DNA of 64,000 nt, from positions 174,909,741-174,973,740 of the forward strand of contig CM041465.1 in assembly GCA_023213395.1 (NCBI GenBank), in the 5' to 3' direction. Shown one piece after another: positions 51,232 through 64,000 of the stretch. The notes beneath the pieces were generated by a model. That model made no database searches. It was not told the origin of the DNA and worked only from the letters and a program-made list of their open reading frames with translations. This stretch comes from Cycas panzhihuaensis. Its lineage: Eukaryota; Plantae; Cycadophyta. Every line of letters begins with the position of its first letter. The first letter of the stretch is position 1. A program made the position numbers and the translations under genes.

Positions 51232-54200
51232 TGAATAACAAGCAAGCAATGTTGAGATGCAAAGCTTAATGTGGTAAAACCTCAAGATGAGGAAACATCC
51301 ACCACAAATTTATGAGATCTCATTAATGAAAATATTCAAGGAGTACATGATGAGACCACACTAGGTTCCATTAAGGAAACACTAGGTGTGTTCATGAGTT
51401 ACAATAAGTGTGATATGCTCTTGTATAAAAATACTTCACCTCATTAATAACCAATGAGGTTAGACCGCTTATTCTCCAACAAGATCATGTGTGAGAACCT
51501 CAACAACATCCAATCAAATGAGAGTTTGCACAACATTTAATACTACCTTCACTTATCACAACTTTTGAGAGAGTATGTCTAATGTCTAATGACCCCACAA
51601 TAATATCACCACTAGACATTATTAAATAACCTCCAAGGATTGACGTTAGATTAAACATTATTTTCTTATACTCCCCCTTAATATTTAATCAATATGTTCT
51701 CTATCATACCACCAACTTCACCTTGTCATCAAGCTGCTTTATGTGCACTTCTTATTTGTGCTTGTCCTTCAACACCTATGAAGAAACTTGTCTTCACCTC
51801 ACTTGGAATCAAAATTAGGTTCATGTCCTTATAAAGTGATATTGTCTTAGATTGCAATGATAAAATGAAGCACAGAATAACCATAGATAAAATGTAATCC
51901 TGCACTAATGTGACATCTCTCATGCTTATCCTTGTTGCCAATACACACATTACCACTTGTACAACAAAAGTCACCTACAAGTTTGCTCCACTCTATGTGA
52001 GCAAAAAATCATCCAGATATACTTGTGAAATACCTATTTTGTCTTTGTGTCCTTAGGCAAAGTACAAATAATAGTTGAACTCCTTCACCTTTCGTACTTC
52101 AAAGCTTTCTCCAGTTGTACTCCTTCACAACCTGTTCATCAAAGTTGAACAACACCTTTTGCATATAAGAAATCAATCCTACAACATCCTTATGGTTTGC
52201 ATCCATGACCAAATCGCATGGATAACCGATCGTTGCACTTGATACTTACTAGAATGCATTATAGATACAAGGTTTATTACTCATGATATTCTTATATCTT
52301 GAATCAAATTTCCATCACTTAATCATATAAACCAACAATAATTTGAGACAAAAAATGTCAACATCTTTGATTTCACCATATCAAAGAAACATTTGCAATT
52401 AACACATCTTTAATAACTTCGCCAAACTTTTTGATCAACAAAATATTGTAACGAGGTGATCATAAAACAACGTGGTTCCTTCAATTTTGTGTTATGTTCT
52501 AAGACTAATGAATTGATCAAAGGCTTCCTTTAATAAATTCCAACAACCAAGCAATAAAACTCTCTGTTTTTTTTTCAACATTAAATAAGGTTCTCATGTT
52601 CTTCAAACTGCATTAAATGCTCAAAATGCTTGATATATCTCATGTGAGACAACTTACTTCTTTTTTTTTTTAGCATCTTATCACTTAAAAATGCTTCAAC
52701 CAAAATCATAAATGCATAATAGAACCATTAAACTGTACATTGAGTGTAAATATACCTTCAAAAATCTCAAATGATGAATTTGCAAAACTCATCAACATTC
52801 ACTTCAACCACTTCCAATCATTAAAAATTGCACCAAATCTATGTCAGCAGTGTCCACGTGACCAGTCAACTTGAAGCCTTCGCAAACCTCTCTTCACTAT
52901 ATCTGACGGTTTCAGATTTGGACTTTATCTGATGAAGTTATGATGTAAAATGTGATGGCGAGGGTTGTAAAAGTAACTTAGCATCTTTTTGTTTTAGGAC
53001 ATGGTCTCATGACTTAACACATATGACCGACCATTAGTTACTTGGAGGTTCAGAATCTAAACAAAAAATTTTAAATGATTGAATTTCTCATACTTAAGTA
53101 AATTAAATCTTTACCAAGGTCAACACATTTTCTTCGTCTGTCTGATTTCTGAATTTGTAGGCACAGTCAATTAGGCGATATCAACTTCAATCTCTGGTAC
53201 ACAATCACTACGATTTTGCACAAAAGGCAAATCTTGAATCATCAAACACCACCATGCAATGAACAGGTCATACGGTGTCTACTCAGGCCTCTAATTTTGA
53301 CTGATGTCCAGCTCACCCAATCTTTCTTGAGCCATTAACTCACAAAATTCACCTTTACTTGGTCTATAACCCTTGCTCAATCCTTTCTTGAAGCTACAAC
53401 TTCGTCTAGCCACACATGGAATGCCGATCTTCAACTACAAGGAAGCCTAATGAAAAAGCCATGGCCCAGCCTGCATTGACCTTCTGCCACAAACAGACGA
53501 CAACACCTTTATTCTCATCTCATATCTCTGTCTTCGCTTGGTCTGTTGTGACTGGACTGCTACACTTGCCCTGCAATCTATCACGGATCTGCATCCTCGT
53601 ATTGTGGAACCATGCACAGAAGCTTATGACACAATTCAACCATGAATGGTTTGTGCAGAACTTGTCATTACAAAAAGCATGCACATGTATCTCTTCAACA
53701 ACCTGCCATGGCCCGTGGACTATCGAAGACTAGAGCTTCTTAACTCTTTGGTAGTTGTCCCGATGTGTGCTTCAACTTTACGATGGAGCTCACCCAACCT
53801 TCTCTACATGATAGCCCTGCTCGGTTGCAAAGTTCTTTTCTCAGGTCCCTCACACAGGCTCTCCTTTCACAAGTTTGTGCTAGTGTCGCCTCTTTTTGAG
53901 GTCTCTCTCCTCCTCTACATGTAGTCCAAAACAAGCTATGGAAATGGATCAACACAGGCAGACATTTCTATTTTTGGGTGTGTATGATCTCACCCCTGCT
54001 CTCTTTATTTACACACACAGTTCTCACAGGACCTATTCTGCACTTTTCTTCTACTGAACTAAGCTTGCTCACCAGCTGAGCATTTTCTTGTTCACAACCT
54101 TAACAACCATCACGGCATACTATGATCAGTAACTATTCTTAGCATCAAAATCAGGTAGCCAACATGGATTTATGAGTGATTTTCAGCGATGTCCTAGCAT

Positions 54201-55947
54201 GGGCATGCATTCTAACGAACTTGCAAGCTGATAACTTTGATGGAGAAAGCCCTAGCACAACCTTTGGGTTTCATACAATCTTTACCGCACAACAAAATGG
54301 ACTATATAGTTCACCACAATAGGTTTTTAATTGATGAAGAGACCAACAAACCTTTTGGTGACAAATTTCAACTATTACATCACAATAATTGTGTTTTTCA
54401 CTTGGACTTCTTTAGCATTAGGCTTCTCCTGAACATATCTTGTGCTTTAATCCTCAACTGGAAGTCACTGTTTTGCTCCTTCAATTGATGAAAGGAAACT
54501 ATTTCTTTTTTCACAAAACTAATCTGGAGTCATTTCACATTTAAACCCAATTCTTCAACCTTCTTGCTATCTGCTCTGCCACAATCCTTCTTCATGTAGG
54601 TTAAGAACCCCTTTCCATCAACTGCCATGTTAATAATGAGCTCAAATTGTTCTAAAAACATCTTGGACTTGCACACCCAACAAATTTTCAGAAATTCTCC
54701 CTCTCAAACAAAAATCATCCCTTAGATTTATTTCAAAATTGGCCTACGATGGATTTTTAAAGTTGATCTGAAAATTTTAACTGTTGTTTTTCCAATCATT
54801 TACCAAAAAAGGCCCTTGTTGGGCAAGCCTCCTGCAAACAGAAATTTTTCTATGCAGTTTTTATAATCAATTTCTTCATCTCACCTTCAAAATTGACCTG
54901 TAATAGATGTTTATACACATAATCTTTGTGGACATTTTCAAATTTCATAAAATCAGAATTTTTTTTTTATAGAATTTAATTGAATAAAATTTGGCAGAAT
55001 GTCCAACTCATGCTTAAAACACCAAGCATCAATTGATTTCCTTATCAATTTCCCCCCTTTGAAATTTTAACAACTATTCTTCTCATAGTATATCACTTGG
55101 TGTATGTATCCACTAGTGACATATTGCATTCAGTAATTGCATTTTGGACCAATCACTCAAATCTGTTTTTCACCTCTTCTTCATGTTTAGGGTTTGGGCT
55201 TCCTCTTCAACTTTGTTGAATCTCATAATTGATTTGACCTTTCAATGGTCTCTTCATTTCTGCCAACATCTATTTTTATCTCCATGCCTGATTGTGGTTC
55301 AATACACTTCACAGTTGCAAAATTCACCTTTAACATCAAATACTATTTGCATTTTAATACCACTCCATATTTTTAATCCTTGAGTTTTGAGCTATACTTC
55401 TATTTTTCTATAGCATACTAGGCAATACTTACCACAAGAGTTTCATGGACTTACATAATGCATTGGTCACATCTACTACGCATCTCCTGCTACCATTAGT
55501 AGCATTCTTCCATGGGCAATTTTAACTTGCTTTGTGAGACTCTCATCTCCACATTTAAGCACATGCTATAGAATTATCTTTCACTGGACCTCTTTCATTC
55601 TCCTTTGGTGATCTTCATGACTATTGCCATTTTCAGATTCTTCACAATTAGTGTTACCTTCAGAATTGGTCTAAAATGAGAAACCCTCTTCTCAACTTTG
55701 CATTATAGGCTTGCTACCTATTTCAAACTCTATCATGGCTCTATACTCAACCTTCCGGTAGTGAATCCTTTTTCAAAGGTACTCACAATTGCCTCTAGAA
55801 TCTCTTCTCTCTTGGACAACCTACACAACACCATGGATTATCCTCGAATGGTGAAGATCGTCACCATGTGTGTGTGCCTTCACCACGAACACATTTCTTC
55901 GTATGGTAAGGTACTAATGCTATTGGCTATTACTTGCTCTCGCAGTA
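51232..55947 (-). mobile_element. Highly decayed or non-autonomous Copia-like element (3' LTR about 51232-51670, PPT 51671-51679)
   Basis: Inserted in the 3' LTR of the 44075 element. Minus-strand ATTAAGGGGGAG PPT. The internal region has only scrambled coding relics. Confidence 0.65.
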
Positions 55948-58900
55948 TATTGGCTAATATTAACTCTCCCTTGCAGAGTGTATAAGCCTGCATAAGAGTC
56001 TACTTCTCTTCTCTGGCTTCCAAACTTGTGGATGTACATTCAAGACTTGCATGCTTTGGAAATTTGGCATCCCACATGCATAATAAAATATCCATAATAT
56101 GAAAAACTCATAAACACAATGATTGTTAGAATATAATGTTTTATCTAGGAATGTTTTGAGGCTCATGTAACACCCCTCTTTTTTGTAACATTGACAAGTG
56201 TATGCCACGTGTCAATCAGATACATAACGGTTACATTTTCACATTGTATATATAAAGAGTTCATCTCTCATAATAAGCACATTGTTAACTTCACAAATAG
56301 AACAAACCATAATATTGATGTAAGATGAATTGAACTATAGTGAGACAATGTCTCCTTAAATACACATGGTTTAATACAAAGCATTACAAACTGAATTGTA
56401 ACTAACACTTTAGAACATGACACATGTCACGAATATAAGGGAGTTACATAGAAGGGTTTATAACATTACCCTTTCAATAACTAGGATACAACATTATACT
56501 CTAACACCCTCTCTTAATGTTTTATCCTCTTTTAGAGCTATCTTATCTCTAAGAGTTTGAAATCTATCTCTCCCAAGAGGCTTTGTTAATAAATCTGCAA
56601 CCTATTCTGCTGCAAGACAGTATATCAAATCAATTTATTTGTTATGAACCTTCTCTCTTATGGAATGGTGATGTACTTCTATATGCTTTGTCCTTGCATG
56701 AAGAACTAGGTTTTTGGTCAACTTGATTGTACTCTGATTGTCACAGTTCAGAGTTGCTGCTGTATATTGTTGTTGGTCCAAGTCTGCTAGAAGTTGTCTC
56801 AGCCATATTGCTTCGCTTGTAGCACTTACTGCAGATCTGTATTCAACTTCTGTTGATGATAACACAACAATGGTCTATCTTTTACTGCTCCAAGAGATTG
56901 TTGTTGACCCGAAAAAGAAGCAATAACCACTTGTGGACTTTCTCTGCTCTGTACCCTACCCAGTCTGAGTCATAGAACCCTAACAAATCTGTTGATTTTT
57001 CTCTGGGCTATATTAATTTCAGATCAACTATTCCCTTTAAATACCTTAGTATTCTTCTTGTAGCTTTCCAATGTTTTATTTTAGGTTCTTGCATGTATCT
57101 CGAAACCAGACCTACTGAATATGATATGTATGGTCTAGTTGTTGTGAGTTAGATTAAGCTGTCAATTAGTTGCCTATACAGAGTTGTATTGGCCAAAGGT
57201 TCTTCCTCTCCTGTGACCAAGTTGCAGTTTACCTCCATGGGTGTTGCACATGGATTGCAATTTTTCATTTGAAATTTAATCAACATGTCTTTGATGTACT
57301 TTCCTTGAGATAGGGTGATGAAGTCATCTAGTCGGCTGACTTCCAATCCCAAATAATAACTTAGAAGACCCAAATCGGTCATTTCAAATTCCCTTTCTAG
57401 TTGTTTCTTTATGTTTTTGATCGATTCATCATCGCTCCCTATGATTATCATGTTGTCTACATAAACTACAACTATAGTGATCAGCCCATTTCTTTTCCTT
57501 ACATATAAGCTTGAGTCAAAGTTAGAATGTTGGAAACCATTTTGACACAGATGTTTGTCTAATTTGGCATACTGAGCTCGAGGGGCCTATTTTAGGCTAT
57601 ATAAAGCCTTTTTTAATTTACAAACCAAGTGTTCCTCTCCTTCCTTAATGTATCCTTCTGGTTGCATCACGTAGACTTCCTCTTCTATTTCTCCATTTAA
57701 GAATGCACTTTTAACATCCAGATGAAAAACTTTCCAATTTTATTGAGCTCCCAAAGCAATACCTATTCTCGTTGTATGTAATTTTGCTATAGGAGAATAT
57801 GTTTCTTTGAAGTCTACTCCAACTGTTTAGGTGTAGCCTTTGGCAACAATCTTGACTTTGTATTCCTCAATTTTTCCATTGACTCCTACTTTGATTTTAT
57901 AAACCCACTTGCAGTTAACCACTGGTTTGTTGGGAGGCCGCTCAACTAATTCCCATGTCTAGTTCTTGGCAATTGATTGCATTTCTGAATCCATTGTTGT
58001 TCTCCATTCTCGCTGATCTTTTGCTTCTTGAAAGGATTGTGGCTCGACACTGTTGTACAATGCCCGGGGTCTTTAACTTCTAGTTCTGTGCGTAAATAAA
58101 TCTCCTTTCCCTTCTTCAATTGTTTTGATGTACCATCTTGGCACTTTCTTTTCCTCTCTTGGTTCTTCTTCAATGACTGATCCTTGTGATGGCTGTTCCT
58201 CTTCTACTGAGATTGAATCTTCATGTGATACTGGTGAAGTTTCTGATGTTTGAGGGATCTCTTCTGAGGTAAGTTCTGAGGCCTCTTCCATGATGATTTC
58301 TTGAGATGTTGCTTTTGACCCCTCTTCAATTTGTCTGAATTGAGACTTGTCGTCCAAAACATCTTCTTCATTAAACACAACATCTCTACTTACATAGATC
58401 TTGTTAGTTTTTGGATCTATGCATTTATAAGCTTTTGAATTTTTGTTGTGTCCTATCATGATACATTATATACTCTTTGCATCGAGTTTTGATCTCCTTT
58501 TATCAGGAACGTGGAAGAATGTTTGACATCCAAATACTTTTAAAATGCTTACATCAGGTTTCTTACCTGTCCAAGCTTCTTCTAGAGTGATTTGCTCCAA
58601 TGCTTTTGTAGGACTCTGATCTATCAAATAATAAGTGGTGCTAACCGTTTTTTCCCAGTAGGTTTTTGAAATGTGTTTCTCAAAACCCATACTATGAGCC
58701 ATTTCCATGATGGTTCTGTTCTTCCTTTTAGCAACCCCATTAGACTGAGGGGTATAGGGAGTTGTGAACTGTCTACGTATTCCATTTATTTAACAAAAAT
58801 TCAAAAAATCTTTTGATATGTATTCTCCACCATCATCTGACTTAATGCACTTTATTTAACTCCGAACTCTAATTCTACTTCTGCTTTGAATTCTTTGAAG

Positions 58901-59942
58901 AATTCAAAGACTTTAGATTTATTATGGAGGAAGTACACCCATACCTTTCGAGTGAAATCATCAATGAAGGTTAAAAAAATACCTGCATCCATTGATTGAA
59001 AGTGGAGTAAGAGGGCCACACAAATCGGTCTGAATCAACTCTAATTTATTTTGGGCATGCCAACCTCTTTCCTTGAATGGAAGTCAATGCTGCTTCCCGA
59101 ACTGGCAATCTTTACAAACAAAATTTTCAAATGTGATGGGAGGTAGGCCATTTACCATGCCTGACTTTTCCATTAACTTTAATGTATCTATAGGAAGATG
59201 CCCATACTTCAAATGCCAAACTTTATTATCAAAATTCACAATAATACATGCTTTTATACACAATTTAGGGTTTACAAGGTCGGACAACAACCTATACAGA
59301 TCATTACATCTTATGCCTTTGGCTATTATATTGCCATCATTCTTCATGTCCATTACATAACAGTAGCCCTCTTCCCCAAATACAGTTCTTAGCCTTTTCT
59401 AAGTTGTGACATTGACAGAAGATTCATTTTTAAACCTGAAACAAGCAATACATTCCCTATTTTCTTTATGTTCCCCTGCAAATTGATAGCTATGGTACCA
59501 GCTCCCTTTATATCTAGCGGGTACTTATCACCCAATTCAATAGATCTGTCAGTGTTATATGGTTTCAATGACTCAAGCTAATCTTCACGATTGGTCATGT
59601 GATGGGAGGCACCTAAATTAATATACCAAACATCTTTGTCTTGTAAGCCTGCAGAAAGGGCAATAATGAATGTTGTTTCTTCCTCCTCCTCCTCTGTCTG
59701 CTCCTTGTAGTTTCCAACTGGATGTTTCCCTCTCTGAATATCTGCTCTTCTTTGCGGACATTGATAGGGATAATGACCTGGTTGTCCACAAGGATAACAA
59801 AGATCAAAATCTCTACATGCGCTTGAAACATGACCCAGCTCACCACAATTGTAGCAGATCCTTGTGTCTCTTGTGCATCCATGACCTCTTGTTATCCTGC
59901 CATCGACCATGAGCAACACTCTTGGCATCCAGAGTTCGTACT
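55948..59942 (-). mobile_element. Ty1/Copia element (3' LTR about 55948-56506, RH, RT, INT, PR, gag end), interrupted in gag
   Basis: LSSTEVEY..CDNQSTI..HARTKHIEVHHH, FEMTDLGLLSYYLGLEV, WHLKYGH..CKDCQFGKQH, WYINLGASHHMT. PPT 56507-56515. Confidence 0.93.
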
Positions 59943-62900
59943 TGTTAAACCTTATGTTTACATGTTAAACCTACGTACTTTATTATTCATGTACTATTCG
60001 TGCCTTTGTACTTTTATTCTTTTGTACTTTAGTGACTTATCACATAAGTGATAAAGTACACACTCACATTCTTTCCTAGTGACACAACATTGTCACTAAA
60101 GGGTCAAATGGGCCCCCATGCACTTTTGCTCACTTGAGAGCCCTAAAGGACACTTGTCCTATATCCAAGGCATGTACATTGGATGTTTGACACTTGTCAA
60201 ACATCCAATACCTTAGGTCTCTCCTTTCACTCTATATATTGAGACCTCTCTTCATTATTCTCATATAGAGTTGGAGCTTCATTATTATGTTGCTAGTTTG
60301 CTAATCAAACTATTATTCATTTGGAGGATGGACCAATTCCAACTCCTCATCTTTGGTACCATTTTGCTCTTTCTCTTCATGCTTGATCTTGCTCATGTTT
60401 GATCTCATAGCTTCATTCTTAGTCTAGTTTATTTGCTTTCTGGAACTAGAGTGAACATAGCTTCTAGATCTTGGGATTGTAAGGCCATTTGGCCATTTTC
60501 ACATTTGGTATCAGAGCTTGAGGAGACCAGTTCCCTCTGTTCTGATTTTTTTTCTTGCTCATTGGAGATTTAAAGTGGTTGTTTACACCCCCTTGGTGAC
60601 GACCTTCGCTCTCCGAAGGCGATCCAAGGATTATTGAAGCTTATTTCTGCAGATCAAGGATGTTCTGAAGTATTTTGAAGGCTATAAGTGGTTACACTCT
60701 GATTTGAGATATTTTTTCAGAGGTTTCAAGTGAGTCTTACTCACATTTTATGTGTTTTTTGCACTAGAAACTGAATATTTTGGTCATTTTTTCTCACAAA
60801 ACAAGGTGCAGGGGTATTCTGAAGGATTCTAAAGCTCACTAACTCAGATTATTGTGAGCTACTAACTCTCTGTTGGTTGTGAAGTATTTATGGGCTGATT
60901 TCAACCCTCAAACTCCACAGGGAAAGCTAAATCTGCTCGTGTGTGCTTACTGGAGCCTCCTACTCATCAGGAAAGACCTACACACACCTTTACTGGACCC
61001 CACGAACATTTTGCAAGCATTGGAAGAGAGCTGCAGCTGTTGTTCTGATTGTGGGGACTCCCTCAGCATGTGTGCCCTCTTTCAACTTCAGTTTGTTCAT
61101 ACTCACTCAACGATTGACAGAACAAGTTGAAAATTCAGGGGAACCTTTGTCCTAGCTGGGCGCCCTTGCCTCTGAAATCTTGTCTCCATCTAATGCTCCA
61201 TCGAGGAGATACAAGTGATTGAAGCTCCACAGCCACCGCTTCGTCCTGCCGCCGTTCAACCTCTTCATCAAAATCTTTTAAAATCTCTTTTAATTTTTCA
61301 TTAAGTCTAAACTTTAGGTTATGACTTTTGGAATATTCCCAAGTATATTCCACTTTAAAACACTTTTTCAAATCTAAATCATTATTTTTTAAGTGTTTTT
61401 TTTCTCAAAGTGACTTCATCACTAAAATACTATGATTTAGAGATGGATTTCAGTCCTTCCAAGCGATTTGCGCTCAGAAATTAATATTTTTCCTTAGTTT
61501 TAAGCCGACACTTTGTCATTTTCTTGGTTTTGGCTTAAAATTTCTCAAGGGAATCTCGATGTTTTTTAACTTTTTGATGATTAAAATCTTTGTTGTAACA
61601 AGTGATTTCATTAAATCACTTTAGCGCAACCAGTCTCCTATCTTTGAAGTTTAAAATTGCTGGCTTAAGTCCTCATTCAAGGCTCCCTGCATGGTGATTT
61701 TGTCATTCAAAGTTGCAAAAAAAGTGAAATTTCAGCCTTTACTTCTTTGGCATTTTTGCCTCATTTAACACTTGATTCATGTTGCATAAGTGTTAAAAGG
61801 CCTTGATAAAGTGATTTTAAAGTGTCAACACCTTGATAAAGTGATTTTTATCACTATCTTGACATTTTTTTTAAGGCACATTGCATGGTGACCTATTGCC
61901 CTTAGTCAAAAAGGGGGGGCTCAAAACATCTTTTTTTTAATAAAATCACTTTCTCTTGTTGATTGTTGGGACTATTTCAAAGTCCCAACACGTGGTGCTT
62001 GGCGTCTTCAATTTGCAAGTGACTCTTTCCTCTACTCTTCAAGCATTAAAAAGAACCCACTTGCATGTGTTACACAAAGACTTTATGCTTCTTAGCATCT
62101 TCATTAAAGTGCCAATATTTGTCATTGTACTTAAGCACTTTACTTTACTTGGATTGGATAGCAGTCTTTCTTACATTAAAGTGCTTTTGTAAATCACTCA
62201 AGTGATCATTTTGATGTACTTAATTGCTTCATCTTGAAGCTCTTTTATCATTGTAAAAGCAAGCATCTACAAACATCCAAGTAAAACTTACTCTAAAATC
62301 CACTTATATCTTCTAAAAGTAAACTTTAAAATCAAGTAGGAGAGGCCCAAAAAAGGTTCAAACCTTGCCTCTAAAATAACTTTAAGCTTGGTGCATTCCC
62401 TAGGGGACCAACCGACCGTACGGTCAGTGCGTGACAATTAAGGTTACTTGAGGGACAGGAGGTTCGAAAAGGGTGTTATTGGCGCTGTGAATCCCAAGGA
62501 AAGCATGGTACGTCCATGCAGATCAACCCTACCTTCCTTGTCCTAGATTTCACTTGGCCAACTGTTGGATCTCTTCTATAGATCAGGGTTGGACCAACTC
62601 CTTAGCCTAGTCCTCCACCCCTCATCATTACATTCAGTTGTTAGATCTTCTAGTAAGATCAGGACTATTGGTTTCGTTAGAAGGTGGAACTTAAGTGACG
62701 AAAGCTTAGAGTTTCCAAGTTATTTGCTAGCTTCAAGCCTTACAACTTCAACATGACTACAATTAATATGCTCAATGCATGTACCATCAAATTAACAGGA
62801 CAAGACAACTATCAAGAATGGAAAAGAATCACTCAAAATCTCTTGATAATGAATGAGTTTTGGGGGTATGTTTCTAGAAGGATACCTCGACCTGTACCTG

Positions 62901-64000
62901 TTGGAAATGATGGTGAAATTGTTTATTTTGATGATGCACTTGTTGCTGCTTGGGACGCCAAAGATGAAATTGCTTTAGCATTTCTACATATGATTATTGA
63001 TGTTCATGTATATCAGAATATTATGTGTGCAAAGACTTCCAAGGAAGCATGCGACATTTTGTCCTCGTATGAAAGGCGAGATGAAGCTCTTATATTGATG
63101 GTAAAAGCAAATTTGTATTCTATAAAATTTGTCAAGCCTATGTCGGCTTTTCTTTCCTCTATCAAAGAGGTATGTAATGAATTGAATACATTAGGTAGTC
63201 CTGCTACTAGAGATGAGCTTATAACAACAATTGTTAGAGCTTTGCCTAAGGATTACAATGTTGTATTTCTTCCACTACTCGAGATGGTTCACTCAAACAA
63301 ATGTCCTTCAATGAATTTGAGAGCTTGTTGCTTCAAGAGAAGCAGATCTACATCAAAGATGATGATGAGGAACCATCCACATCAGGCGCATTCGCAGCAA
63401 AATCAAAGACCAAGTAGAATCCCAAACCTACACTTTCAAAGCAGTTTGGGAACATGAACATTGGTTCCTCAAAGACCAATGTTGTTTGTCATTATTGTGG
63501 CAAAGTTGGCCACATAACACCTGATTTCCAGAAGAAACAAGTAGATCTTTAGCACGCACGATAGCAACAGCAGCAGCCACGTCAACAAAATCAGAGACAA
63601 AGAATACCACAACAACAAAGAACGGTTTCAAAGAATAAGAGCAACAACCCCCTCGACCAAATTGAGGTGCCTATCGAGGAGGTCAAAGAGGAAGGGGGGG
63701 CTTAGAGGTGGCAATCAACGCCACTTCAACCAGTTTGCAGATGAGGACAAATTGTTTTGTGCTTATCATTCATCTGAGGTGGATCAAACTTGGATCATTG
63801 CTTCTGGAGCCACTCAACACATGACTGGGAGTGAAGAACTCCTTAGCGACATCAAGGAAAGACAAGGTCAATCAGTGACCTTCAGCAATGATGAATCTGT
63901 CACAATTTCTGGCATCAGCACAATCGCTCCATTCCATTCTCCTTCTGATACTTCCTCTACATTTCCCAATGGCAATGCCTATCTCATACCTTCCATGGAG
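59943..64000 (+). mobile_element. Ty1/Copia element, 5' part (LTR 59943-60503, PBS 60506-60517, 2.2-kb leader, gag from 62753, PR about 63790)
   Basis: TGTT...TTCACA, TGGTATCAGAGC, gag IKLTGQDNYQEWK..FWGYV, CHYCGKVGH knuckle, WIIASGATQHMT. Confidence 0.94.
62753..64000 (+). pseudogene. Copia gag-pol start (frameshifted near 63290)
   Basis: ORF 62753-63457, then shifted frames carrying the zinc knuckle and protease. Confidence 0.88.

Noticed and set aside
60950-60990. CTGATGAG on the minus strand as a hammerhead (retrozyme) core
   Set aside because: No stem II or GAAA follows. Other CTGATGA hits I checked also fail.
62410-62720. Group II intron (GTGCG start)
   Set aside because: No domain V/VI consensus and too short.

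Overview
AT-rich land-plant nuclear DNA, probably from a large-genome gymnosperm (inferred from TE families, nesting depth and intron scale). About 90% of the window is decayed, nested retrotransposons: five Ty1/Copia elements, one full-length L1 LINE with a perfect 13-bp TSD, one structurally complete non-chromovirus Ty3/Gypsy element (12617-23026), chromovirus fragments and pol-less non-autonomous LTR elements. The only clear host gene sequence is one 133-nt minus-strand exon of a RelA/SpoT homologue (25664-25796), so the rest of the window is probably giant intron. The complete Gypsy element is the most unusual object. It has a tRNA-Glu PBS, two further LTR segments matching the D-arm and anticodon arm of the same tRNA (the latter amplified five-fold in a related LTR), no canonical PPT, two extra capsid-like domains between PR and RT, and a 3' extra ORF preceded by a splice-acceptor-like site and a repeat array. 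Also notable are a captured glutamyl-tRNA reductase (HEMA) fragment inside a non-autonomous LTR element and a double-stem module shared by unrelated elements. All coordinates were read by eye. tRNA and protein comparisons are from memory and need database confirmation.
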